DNA of 48,019 bases, from the NCBI GenBank assembly GCA_009602725.1, contig WELB01000025.1, positions 911,853 through 959,871 of the forward strand. The letters run 5' to 3'. Positions 12,369 through 24,277 of this stretch are shown one piece after another; within the stretch, counting starts at the first letter, position 1; the number at the start of each line of letters is the position of its first letter. A model generated the notes under the pieces. That model did no database searches. It saw nothing but the letters and a program-made list of their open reading frames with translations, and was not told where the DNA came from. The stretch comes from Spirogloea muscicola (taxonomy: Eukaryota). Made by a program: the position numbers and the translations under genes.

Positions 12369-15300
12369 GCCGCTCGCCGCGGCGATGGCAGCGGCGGCGG
12401 CGGCGGCGGCAACCGCGGCTGCGGCGGCGGCGGCGGCGGCGGGCGTTTGGAGATTAGGGTTCTGGGGGATGGCGCCCCAGACCTAATCCTGGACGCCCTA
12501 ACTGCAGAATATTTGTGGTGAAGCTCACCCCCTGCTGCTTGCAAGGCCTCACCGCTATCTTCTGGTTAACAATATGGAACAGCCCTTCCAATGTAAGGCA
12601 GTGGCTAAGCAAGCACACCGGCACACTTTCATTGCACAGTTACAATCGTTGTAAATTAGCAGTGGGCAGTCACGGCCACCTAGAGACTCTGCAAAGCCCT
12701 GCGTGAATCCTGGCACAGCAGCAGCACAGGCAGCCGTGCGGAAGCTAACTTGTACCTCATCGAAAGCAAATGCTTGTTAGTGCATGCTGCCATGAACGGC
12801 TACTGCGAGCTGTGTCCCAGTGTAAGCTGACAATGTCAGAGGTGCCGAGTAATACATGCACAGGGCAGGTAGGACTACATGGTGCCTGCTTCTGCAGGTG
12901 CACTGCTACCATCTGTCACGTCATAGACCATGGCGTAATGTTGTCCACTCCTCTTGACCAAAGTTGACCAGACATGGGAGCTCACCATGGGACGATGGTG
13001 TCATAGTTCACCTTCACATGTATCCACACTTACAACAAGGACGAGGCAGGCTGCTGAAAGGAGCACTGGTTGCGGTGGTTGCAAGGGGCTGTATGGGTGG
13101 ACACGAGATGATACAAAGAATCCTTGCCCAGCCTTTGAGATTGTACTGTGATTGTGAAACTTGGCTATGTATGACCACCTTCAAGAGTGTGACCACTGTC
13201 ACCTACAAGGGCACTGCGCTCCTTTTGACTCATGTCACCTCCCCATGTATAAGCACCCTGCCTCTCATTGGCTCCTTCATGTGCTGTCAAACACCTGCAT
13301 CAATATGAGTGGTGCGGTGGGAACAACGCCATGCGACACTGCAACCTTGCACTCTCAGATATCGGCAGGGCCCTCGGCTGGCAGCTCGACGTTCTGATAG
13401 TATTTCCGAAAGGGGGCCATGGCTGTGCAAGGGCCACCCAAGCGTATCATAAAATAAAGTTTAAGATAGTAATATATGCAGACAATATCGATCAATTGAA
13501 TCAATTCCATCACTAGTCAACAAAATTATATGAGAAAATCACTAGACCAGTGTAGAATGTCATGATGCACAATATTATGCACGCAGAAGATCATGCACGC
13601 AATGCAACTGGGATGTAGTGATGCTACTTATCGGCATCGAAAGTCATACTTTTGCAATGCTGACATTGATGTACTTTTCACACTCAATCTAAGTGGTTTT
13701 CTATCACACAGCTTTCAGGGCTTGGCCAATCATAGTACCAATCATACTACCATCCAAGAAGGGTGTGTATTTACAAAGTTACAATTCAGCACATATACAA
13801 TAAATACAATATAGTACGTCTCAGATCTGGTCACAGTGATCTGGAATTGTGTAGGGAAGGTAAGGTGATAGCGGCGCCTTTCCACATCTACTTAACATCA
13901 AAGAGCACATGTCCATAACCAAGACAAATTTATATGTGGCTGATTGTTCCACCCGGTTGCTAGCTAAGGCAGAAGAAGACGGCCTCAAGCCGCAGGTACA
14001 ACGGCACGCAATAAATAATCAGAGGGCAGCTAAATGCATAAATCCAATTCTGTGAGGAGTTTCTCGCCAGCAGAAAGCATAACGCTCCATGGTGCTATGT
14101 GCACAAGGAGGTCCGTAAGTCGCCTCTCATTTGCATGTGGTAAAGGTTGTCAAGATAAGGAGCTCAATGTAAGGTAAGCCCTTCAATGTCGGCTGGTAAC
14201 TCAAACCTGGTCGCAAGTTACAAATACAAGAAGCGCTGAGAAAGCCATGTTAATGGAGGGTTGGGCGATCCAATCAGCGTCCATCTGCACACCAGCACAA
14301 ACTGTCCGTTCTCTGTCAGTCGAGTAACTTTTTTGGCACTATGTATACGAACATGAGAATGTTTGCAAGAAGCAGCAGCTCTTTGTAGGATGCACTACTA
14401 TTGTGACATGCTACCCCAAGATGACGCCATGATGTCTTGCTAATGTAACTCTTGATCATTATCTACTAGTACACTGATGACAGACTGCAAAATCCAAATA
14501 CCTCTGCCCATGGCAGGAGTGCAATAAGCTAGAGGAAACGTACATAGCCTCTATGTATGGGCTGCAAGTGAAACAAAACTATCCTCCGTATACACAATCC
14601 TCAAAAGGGTGTCGAAGAAACCAGGCAGAGTCCTGCACATTCATGCCCGTTGAGTAGCCAATGAAAACAAAATGTCACCAGGCAAATAAATGTATTGCTC
14701 GAGGACACACAGCTGACCGTCGTGATACTGCATGTAAAGCTCAGCTGCAGCAATGCACTGATGCTTTGTGGGTGCTTGGAGGTGCTACATGATGAAGAGC
14801 CGATTGCAGAGGAGATACATGCTGACCTCCTGTTGTGTAAGACCAGTCGCCAAACTGTACGTGTCCGCGAGATCCTCATCTTGACTGCAGTCAATCTCGG
14901 CTATTCCGCCTGGTTGATCTGTCCAGTGTGGTGACGCAACATGCTGGTCCTGTATACAAATAGGATATTCAGTGATGGGTGCATATACAGCAGAATGTAA
15001 GTACGACTTGCATGTGTTGGGTCCTAGTACAAATGTTGGGCCAGCATGAATTCGACATGGTAAGATACTAAGCACCTGAATAACTCCACGACAGAATACC
15101 AACATCACATGCAAGTTGCTGTGGCACGCTGAGTAACCTACGCGGAGGGAGTGTACCCTTCTTTCATTTGTCCCATGCATGAAGACGTCAGATGGACTGC
15201 TGCCAGCAGGTCGTGATGCAGACTCGCCTCCAGTAATTTGGCCTGATGTTTGTCCTGCATCGATATTTGTCCAAAGTAGAGCTCCACTTGCCTGAAGAAC

Positions 15301-15633
15301 AAGATTTCTGCTGGCGTCAGTCATCCTAAACCTCATTGACTGCAAGGGTGCTAATAGCTACATATGGCTGTTGGCATGCCTTGCAATGACAACACGTCGC
15401 AGCGTACGATGGCCATGTGCCAGAGAAGGCTGTTTGTGAAGGCAGTGATGTATGATAGCAGCAATTACGGACAGCTGAGCATGGAACTGGAAGGGCACGT
15501 GCTGTTGTCGTTGAAGACAATCATCTTTGGTGCTTACAGAGCACTCAGCTCCTTCCAGAACACATGTATGCTTCACGCTGGCTACACTACTGTCATGTGC
15601 CTTCACTTTCAGAGAGATGCAGAAGTTGCTCAC

Positions 15634-17497
15634 ACATATGCCGGTGCTGGAGAAGTCTTCCGAAAATTGGACATCATCGATGATTGCCAAGCGAGCATTG
15701 GACACCAGTGCTGCAATGGCATTGTTCATGTCGTGTAGATTGCAGATTTTGCAAGTTTCTGAGCCTGACAATGATGCCCCCCCTTGTCTATTTTCTACAA
15801 ATGGTGGAAAGGTGTCAGGTGATACAAGCTCCGCGTCTGCATCTGTGGCTGAATGTGGAGACGTGCTGCACATTTGGTCCTCAACCTTTAAGACTTTGTA
15901 CAACAGTATCCTGTCCTGCAAGCCAAGAAAAAAAGATTGACGGAGCATGCAGCTAGTCCGTACTTGGCCAAAGGCAGACTTCTAATGCTTGTCTTCCATT
16001 GTAGTGTTTGTTTGTTGGTCGCCATCTCGTAGATATAGACACAGTAGAGGGTTGGTGGTAGTAAGATAAAGGGTGAATGAAGCAGCATAAGACATCTCGA
16101 CAGCCTGTTCCGATTGAAACAAACAAAATTTGCAATGAGGTGTCCAAGAATGTACTGCTGCAACTTCAAAAGTTTGAGGAACTTGTTATTGACTGCTAGC
16201 ATCACATTCAGCTCACCTGCTTTAGGTGGTCCTTCCCGTCAACCGTCAGAATCTCGTATTCGTACATCTTCGGTTGAAGTTGTCGTGAACTCCCCTGCGT
16301 TTCTTGATACTTACACAATCTCTTCCGACCTTCTACCTTACAACCCTCATATTCACATACAATCTTGGTCGCTGGATCTGCCTTCCAACTGCCTGTATAA
16401 CCCTGAACTTTCCGGCAGATGTCTCTTCCTCGACATGTATCAGTTCTATAAGCTTGTCCCAGCCCAGACGCGTGAAAGTAGAACGAGTCATGCCATCCTC
16501 TGCAGGATCTCGCTGCCAGCAGTACAGGTTGTCAAAGAACTTCGTGAGCAGCAAAAACAACTGGAAGGGGCGATTCTTGCATATTAGTCTTTTCAGCACT
16601 ACATCCTCGGATAATGGTTCCATACAAAATCAGTTCGAAGGAGCAACAGGCTGCAAAGAGGCTCTTGCATGCTGTGGACCTTTGCAACACACTTATTGAG
16701 CTTCAACCATAGTAGTTGCCTTCACAAGCCATTGCAACGGCCATACACGCGATAGGCTTGGGCAACTTCGTGTACCTTGTAGCTCATAAGGGTTGCTTTT
16801 GTATATGTTCAGGTCTGAAATGAGGGCCTTCTCCTGGGGAGTAAGAGTGCCTGCATGCTTCTTCAGCAGATAGTAGCCCACAAGCTCTTTATCACTGGGA
16901 TCGAAGTACCGAATCCCTACAATGCCCTCGCTGCCACGACCCTTCCTTGATACTTGCGCAAAAGTCCTGCAGCTGCTGGCAGTAGCTTCAGTATGGGTCG
17001 GTGCTGGCTCGTGGATCTGCACATGCTCAAGCCCATAATAGGATGACTATGCTGGGGCCCACAAAATCTCTTACTACACTGAGTACGAATGGATGCCAGG
17101 CTTAGGCCTCAATCAAGCAACGTGGGTAAGTCTGATGCTGCCACTGAGCTACGATGTTAAGCATGAGGTGCAGGACATGAGCAAAGCAGGAGAAGCTGTG
17201 CCAATGCACTGCCAAGATGCTTGCTAGCAGCAGGGGGCCACAGCACGCAACGAGGCTGGCGAGGTCACTCACTGTCAATTGCGTCGGCGTAGAGCTTGTG
17301 TATGAGGCTCCAAGGGGCAGCATCCTTGGCTCGTACATGGGCTGCTTCTGTTGGGGCTGCTTCTCGTTGGGCTCTGACTGCCAAGTCATCGGTGCCACCT
17401 GACTGGCACGGCAGCGAGGGCTTCTGCGGCTGGCGGTGACCATCCAGTGTTCTCCCGCCTGGGCCCTCTCCTTTGGGCTGCTGGAGACATCTTCCAT
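15634..17497 (-). CDS. Divergent NAC-domain transcription factor; 3' end unresolved, probably further exons toward ~14-15 kb
   Basis: Exons: 17497-17273 (putative ATG MEDVSS, donor GTGAGT); 17016-16776 (GIRYFDPSDKELVGYYLLKK..ISDLNIYKSNPYELQ, NAC subdomains A/B); 16512-16217 (SFYFH..AY..R..ICRKV..GSWKA..GRKRLCKY..KMYEYEI, subdomains C/D); 15915-~15634 (DRILLYKVLK, subdomain E, then a Ser/Asp-rich region). Splice phases are consistent. Confidence 0.8.
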
Positions 17498-17929
17498 ATT
17501 GCTGGACTCGCTCTTGTGGGCGTGGCGCTGTGCACGCGGCTGTGCTCCTGCGGGTCTGCAGCCGCACAAGTTGGAAGCACGCCCAATTGGGCTATCAGGA
17601 TGTCCGCGATTCGTCTCAAGGGCGGCAGTAAAGCGAGCAGAGGCGCCCGAAGCAGCACGGGAAGCGCCATGCTCGACGGGGCGCAACTGGGTGGCGGCGG
17701 CTCACGGTAGGTGGGAGGGAGAGCCACCTGAGGACCCCGGTGGCGAAGGATCGCTGTGGCGCCGCGCCGGAGCGATCACTCTGTCACCGCCCGCGGGTGC
17801 CGCGCCGCTGCAACAAGGTGATGACGGCGGCGGCGCTGGCTGGCGGCCGAGCTCCGGTGTTGCAGCTTGTGACTAGTAGTAGCCTCCCGCCAGCCCAAGT
17901 ACCTCACTTGGCGCCTCGCTCGCTTCCCC

Positions 17930-18027
<98 letters not shown>

Positions 18028-18038
18028 CTCTCTCTCTC
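17930..18038. repeat. Compound (CT)n(CA)~40(CT)n microsatellite
   Basis: Directly visible; it sits at the boundary between the gene-rich and TE-rich parts. Confidence 0.97.
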
Positions 18039-18334
18039 ACTTCCCCGCTCTCCCTCCCCCTCTCTCCTCCCCCCCACCCCCCAAACCGGGGCGAACTGCC
18101 CGGCGGAGGCATCCCGCAGGAGGCATCTGGGGTGTGGCGGGGTGCTCCTGCCCCGCCACCTCGGCCGGGCGGCAACTGGGGCGCGTGTATGAGAGCCCCG
18201 GGCTCCCGCCGGGGATTCGGGGGGGGTAGCCGAGCCGTCGGGCCGGCCAGGGGAATGAGTGTCTATCACGTGATGGAGGACCTCTGTGGCCAAGTACACA
18301 GGCATGCACGTTGCGGCCAGGGGGGCGCGCAGAA

Positions 18335-19660
18335 AGAGAAGTGGCTCTCGTAATGGGGGCAAGGCCTGTGAAAAGCCAGCCCGGACAGAATGGACAAGGT
18401 GCGGAGTGCAAAAGAGGCTCTGTCGGTGGGGGCAAGGGCTGCGAAGTGCCAGCCCGAAAAGAAGTGACAGGGTCGAAGGTGGCCAAACGGCGGAGGAACC
18501 TAAACGATAGAAGAGAAGTGAGTTTCCCAATGGGGGCAAGGGCTGTGAGAAGCCAGCCCAAAAAGAATTGACAAAGCTTCGAAGGGGCCAAATGGCGGAG
18601 GCGCCTAAAAGCGCTGTCAGAACGGGTGTAGGATGTGCGAAGGGGCCAAGCTACGAATTGGCCAGAGGCGCAGAAAGAGAGGGGGGCCATTGCCCAACAC
18701 GCATCCGCACGGGCAGGCGGCCTCGGCCTCCGTGGCAGCGACACCCCCTTGACCTGGCGGTCAAAACGATTCTGGCCGATCGACCCAATGTGACCCGGCC
18801 CAGAGAAGCTGGGCTCTGAGCTGGCCGGCCCCGCGCCCTAAACGCTACAAACACTACACGACGCTCCAACGCCCGCGCCCCTTGGTTCCCGCCCCTCCCT
18901 ACTAATAAGAGGGGAAGTTAGTTCCAGTAGAGGGCGGTCGCTGTGAGCGGCCAGCCCAGATGAAGATGATGAACAAAAGACTCCGCCTCTTTCCAGGAAT
19001 TCAATTCCTTTCGGCCTGGCTTCTCAGAGCCCTTGCCCCATTAGGAGAGCCACTTCTTTCCAGGGATGCTTCTAACCTCCACTGCCCTCATCCGGCTTTC
19101 GTCAAGGGGACCGCTTTCCGGCGGCTAGTCTTCATGACTTGCGGCTGCTAACTACAGGTGACTAAGTGATAGTTCTACATGGTCCTTGCTTGATTGTCTT
19201 TCAGCGCTTGTCGACCCATTCGGACCCCGTCAATTCTCTTCGGGCTGGCTTCTTACAGCCCTCGCTCCCTTCTGAAGAGCCACTTTTTCATCTCCACGCC
19301 CTGCGGTCTAAATACTCCTTCGTATCCGGACGTCCCGTGGGCTTATGTTGGGGTGACTCTTCTTTCCCAGCTGCACCTTACTGCAACTTGCAGCTACTGA
19401 CCTGGGACTGATAAGCTCCTACTTGCTGTAGCCAAATTGCACAGCTGCGTGACTCAAGCGCCTTTCGGCCCTCCAAGCAAGTCGTGCAAGTCGTGGGCTT
19501 CAAGACCCACTTCTTCCAGCTGAAGCTGAAAAATGTAACCGAATATGCATGTTGTCATGCCCGGGCGCAGAGCGGCGTTGTAGCGTCGGCCGGAAATCAA
19601 TCCCCTTGGCGACAGCCAGAAGAAGTGGCACTCCCAATGGGGGCAAGAGGGTGGTTGGGC
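18335..19660. repeat. Cluster of short non-LTR retrotransposon 3'-end remnants (hairpin module gggctggct..cagcccttgccccc.ttggg..gccac), both orientations
   Basis: Minus copies at ~18340-18395, ~18410-18465, ~18515-18575 and ~19620-19650; plus copies at ~19000-19060 and ~19225-19290. The same module terminates the CRE-like fragment at 40738-41150. Confidence 0.7.
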
Positions 19661-20248
19661 GGAACCGACCATGGCTAACCCTGGTTAAGATATCTCAGGT
19701 AGGAAGGTAGTATGGGGAACCTCAGCAGGGGTAACCCATGGGGTGACTCGCTGAGTAGGGCGCAACCCGTATGGGCGGGCTGGAGAGCCCCGGGGCGCCG
19801 AGTACCAAGTCCCTGTACCTACTGCCTTTCTCCGTATTATGTAGCATTATTTAGTCTGCACTCGACTCTGCCTGAACAATGTATTGGCTTGAATTGGCCT
19901 CCCTTTCAATTCATGCGCCCCGCGCGCCTTCTCTCTTGACCCAAACTCGCGGGGTGGGCTCTCAAGAGATCGGAGGGCGGAGAGGTGTTCTTTTTCCGCG
20001 GAAAAATAATTTCAGTGGAGAAGTCCCTCAGTGGAGAAAGAACCTAGCGCGCCGCCGCAGCCCGGCAAGGGTTGGCAGGGTTTGGCGCAGCGCAGGTTGA
20101 AGCTCCGGGCCAGGTTGGTCGGGGGGCCGAAGCGGCGAGTGATCCCCCGGCGGGGGTGACGACGCAAGCGAGAGGGAGGCAAGGTGTGAATATTTACTTG
20201 CGGAGAGATGGCCTCACCGGAGATCCAGATTTAGATCCAGATCTAGAT

Positions 20249-21315
20249 ATGCGGAGGGCGGGCGACGCGGCGGCAGCGGGAGCGGCGCATTGGGCTACCG
20301 GGGTTGGGATCTGGGTGCCCACCAGGAGCGGCGCGCACTACTCGCTACCGCCCGCGGATCGGCAGTGGGACGAGGCAGATCTGCCGCCGGAGTCGTCGGA
20401 CGACGGTGCTGCGGCCAGCGACAACGAGGGCAGCGCACCGTCCGACGACAGCATGGAGGAGACGGCCGTGAGACCGGGGAGGAAGAACACCGGAATGGCG
20501 GATGGGATCTCGCTCTTGGAACTGGAGATGAAGGTCGAAGCGTCTATGGCATGGATGGAACTCAACCACCGCTTCATGCGGTGGGTGGGTTTCAAGACTC
20601 TGCCGAAATTCTTGGACGGGCCGGCGCTATGGTACTACTGTTCAATCATGAAGGAGATTCTGGCCACCAAGGAGGAGGTGCCGGCTGGCGGGAGGCCAGC
20701 CAGCGGTGAGGATCATGGTGCTGCGGCAGAGGAGCTCATTGCGGGTCCGTCAGCGGCGGCGGAGGGGGCCCTGGGGGCGGGGACGCCGGCCCAGCGGGAG
20801 CATTTGCTGGCAGACCCTATCCAGCACTTCCTGCATCTGCTCAGCCTTCAATTCAAGACAGGCTCCGCGGGCAAGGTGGCGGAGCTGGTTAACTTTATCA
20901 CCTGCCAGGCGAGGACGTCATGGTCATGGCACAGCGCCTCAAGCAGCTGCGCCGTGACACGGGCAGGTTGACAGAGGTCGATGCGGCTCACAAGTTCCTA
21001 GAGGCCCTTGGAGGAGGCAAACAGGGGGCTTGGCTTGAGCAACAGGTCTTCGTAGCCTACCACCATACCTTCACCATTGACCAGGTGGCGGATCTCGCCG
21101 ATGACGTCGAGCGTCACTTCGCAGGGAAAGCGGTGGAGGTAGCGGCTTCAGTCAAGAGCAAAGGGAGGCCGGCTGCTCAGCCGCGGCCGTGGTCAGGGAC
21201 TTAGCCGAGACAGTGGCGGGTGCCCAGCAAGCAGGGCATGGCGGCGGCGTCGTTAGTACTAGCCGGGCCGGCTGGGGCCGGTCTCTGCTACACGTGCAAC
21301 CAGCCTGATCACATG
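20249..21315 (+). pseudogene. gag-like region of the Gypsy element (frameshift ~20905, in-frame TAG 21202-21204, truncated CCHC knuckle)
   Basis: ORFs 20072-20971, 20920-21204 and 21220 onward; [27 protein letters not shown]. Confidence 0.7.
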
Positions 21316-21450
21316 CTGTTCCGATTATTACAACCTCTAGCAGATGGTTTTAAATTAAGGATAAAAGAACCTATTTGGCCTAGTAGTGCAAACCTCTTGA
21401 TCTTTGTAATGGCTCCTGTTCTTACTTTTATGTTAAGTTTGGTAGCACGG
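21316..21450 (+). pseudogene. nad1: Mitochondrial nad1 fragment (NUMT) inserted in gag
   Basis: Abrupt AT-rich island translating [44 protein letters not shown]. This matches the conserved plant Nad1 segment [42 protein letters not shown] (recalled, not searched). Confidence 0.9.
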
Positions 21451-22139
21451 CCGCCTGGAGGAGCAGGGCGCGCGGTACCCCTTGTCGTTTGCGCGCTTTA
21501 CGGAGGTGGCTGCAGACGGGCCAGCGGCGTCTGGAGAGGGCGCGGGCAAGTCTCCGTGCGGCAGCTAGCGGCCGCACTCATGAGCACGCCCTTGCTGTGG
21601 TTGGCAAGCACGGGCTGCTCTGAGTTGGCGCTGAGGGAGGCGCTGCAGCAGCACCTGCCGGGCCCGCTGGAGGGCAACGTGGCGGGGTCGAGCGAATCAC
21701 CCAAGGCCGCCCAGGGGGGGGACGCCCCGACCGCCTGCAGTGACAACTCAGGGGCTTCCGAAAGGGGCCCCTGCAGGTCGATTCTACCCCTTTTGCCTGC
21801 TTCTGCAGCCGTGGGCGAGGAATCGGTGGCATTGGAGCGGCCACCAAGCACTTGTGCCGTTGGGGGGCTGCCCATGCAGAAGGGAGCCAGGCGCTCAAGG
21901 TCGCGCGGGGGGCGGACACCCCGACCGCCTGCAGCGAGCGTTCAGGGGCTTCTGGAAGGGGCCCCTGCAGGTCGATTCAACTCCTTCTGCCTGCGCCGGC
22001 AGCGGGCGAGGAATTGGTGACCTTGGAGCGGCCACCAAGCACTCGTGCCGTTGGGGCCCATGCAGGGGAGAGCCGGTCGCTTCCTAAGCGGCGGGTGGCG
22101 GAACGAGTGGGGATCACCCCCAACGTGGCGCTGGTAGTA

Positions 22140-22480
22140 CAACAAGACGGCTTTGTAAAAGTCAACGGCAAAGCTCCTGCCCGTGTCATGCTGGACACGG
22201 GTGCGCAGCCGGTGCTGCTTGGCCGCAGCATGGTGCCGCTGCTGAGGCTGCGCCCACAGGATCTGCAGCCGTCACCAGTGGCCATCAAGACGGCGACGGG
22301 CGGCGTCACGACGGGGCTGCGGCAGACACGCGAGCCTATTTGCATCACCCTCAACCAGGGCGGCGCAGACGAGGTCAGCCGGCGCCTCCACTGCTTAGTA
22401 ACGGAGGCCACAACATTAGATGTGCTGTTAGGCACGGAGTTCTTGTATCCATGTGGGGTGAGTGAAGACCTGTGGGAGGA
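22140..22480 (+). pseudogene. Retropepsin-type aspartic protease domain
   Basis: VKVNGKAPARVMLDTGAQPVLLG ... DVLLGTEFL in ORF 21852-22934. Confidence 0.85.
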
Positions 22481-22854
22481 GGTGGGGAGTTACCAGCCCG
22501 GGTACGCATGTGAAAAGGGACGCAAGGTAGAGTTCCCACTGCAGCTGGTTGCCGCAGTGGAGGAAAGGGCTGCATTCGCGTGCCACAGGGAGGCTGCGTG
22601 GGTGGGCAGCGACCTGCTGTCCATGCTGCCGGAGGAAGCGGCCTCCACGACATTGGCGGCAGTGCGCTCAGGAGTGGCTTTTGCAGGCCACGGGGCTGCT
22701 GCGCATGCGGTGCAGGTGGAAGAGCTGGTGGATCGCGTGTGGAAGCAGCTGTTACTGGTGGCGCAGGAGCTGCCAGCGTGTCCGCCGGCAGTTGTGCAGC
22801 TGCATGGAGAGCCGTTGGTGGACAGCACAACTATTGAGTGGACGATCCTGCACG

Positions 22855-23800
22855 GCGGGGTTGTCCTTTTGGAGCTCTTTGGCGGCATCGCCACCGGGCT
22901 GGCGGCGGTGTCGGCCAACGGTGTGCGGGTCTGACGGTACGTGTACGTCGACCCGGATCCGGTGGCGCAGGCCGCAGCAGCGCATCACATTCGGCGGCTG
23001 ATGGACGAGTACCCGGAGCTGCTGACCACGGAGGCCATCAAGGGGTACCTCACCACCCTGCCGGCTGACGTCCAGCTGGTGGGCCCACATCACCTCAGGG
23101 GGTTGGGACAGGTGGTTCTGGTGATTGCAGGTTGGGAGTGCCAAGGCCATTCCAGCGCTGGTGCAGGTCGAGGGTTAGCTGACGCCCGCTCACGGCTCTT
23201 TTGGGAGGTGGAGCGTGTTTTGGCACTGCTGCAGGGGGGGCAGGAGGCCCCCATAGCATACGTGTTGGAGAACGTGCCGGCAGGCAACGATCACTGCGAG
23301 AATGTGCAGCGTGACTTCCAGGTGGTGGAGAGCCGCATTGGGCGCGGCGTGCCTCTGGACGCAGCTGCTCTGGGCAGCCGCGCGCATCGGTTGCGAACGA
23401 AGTGGACCAACCTGGCTCAGCCAGAGTTGGTGGCAGCTGCGGTCGCATTAGTCAAGCGCCCAGCCGGGCTATGAGTGGCAGACAGATTGGACCCGGGGAG
23501 GGTGCCTCAGCCAGTGAAGCGGGACGACATGCCTCCGTACGCGCTGTGCAACAAGGTGGGGCAGCCACGGGCGGCGTTGCCCACGCTGGTTAGCTACCGG
23601 GCGTCTTACGCGTTCAGGAATGGAGGCCAGGGTATGGTGTGGGACAATACCAGCGCCTGGAGGAGCCCCGTGCCGACGAGCGGGAGCGGGCGTTGGGCTT
23701 CCAGACCGGCACAACAGCGGCTCCTGGGCTCACCGAGCGGCAGCCTCGGAAGCTGTTGGGGCAGGCTATGGATCTGAGGGCTCTCACGTGGGTGCTGTCG
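22855..23800 (+). pseudogene. C5 cytosine DNA methyltransferase domain within the retrotransposon polyprotein (two in-frame TGA stops, one frameshift)
   Basis: Ordered motifs: I VLLELFGGIATG (~22870), II YVDPD, III ADV, IV LVIAGWECQGHSSAG (catalytic Cys 23139-23141), V GLADARSRLF, VI YVLENV (23268), VIII HRLRTKWTN, IX ERERALGF, X LLGQAM. The frame is the same as the protease across TGA 22932 and TGA 23472. Confidence 0.9.
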
Positions 23801-24277
23801 GTAGGCTTTGCCGCGCAGTGGAGCCAGCAGGCAGCGTGGCAGCTGGCGCAGGGGCTCTCCATACAGTGAGCGGCGCGCGCAGGCGCTGGCGGCTTTCCAC
23901 TGGGGGGGGGGAGTAGAGCCGCAGCTTGAAGAGGTGGCACCCAAGGCCGCGCAGGGGGCGGACACCCCGACCGCCTGCAGTGAGAATTCAGGGGTCCCGA
24001 AAGGGGCCCCTGCAGGTCGATTCAACTCTTTCTGCCTGTGCCGGTATCCTTGGGCGAGGGATCGGAATTTGTGGAGCAGCTACCAAGCACTCGTACCATT
24101 GTGGCGGTCCCTGCAGGGAGGAACCCATCGCTATACGTGGCCCAGCAGCAGGAGGCTGGGGGGGGGCCCGCATAGCAACCACAGCAGGAGAAATTGGGAT
24201 CAGGGAAGGAGAAGCTGCCCCACGAGTGGGATGTGGGCGAGGAGTTGTCCAACCAGGAGTAGACGTTTGCCTTCTCC

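Noticed and set aside
12453..12461. Telo-box-like AACCCTAAT upstream of SNF4
   Set aside because: Single imperfect match (preceded by G, not A) and the TSS is unknown.
17740..18539. ORFs with HTHT or VCVC repeats
   Set aside because: They are translations of the (CA)n microsatellite.
20020..20050. tRNA primer-binding site or 5' LTR end near cagtggagaa
   Set aside because: I could not match it convincingly to a tRNA 3' end, and there is no second LTR to define boundaries.
21700..24110. Gypsy internal repeat as a hammerhead ribozyme
   Set aside because: It has a GAAA-capped stem but lacks the CUGANGA core.
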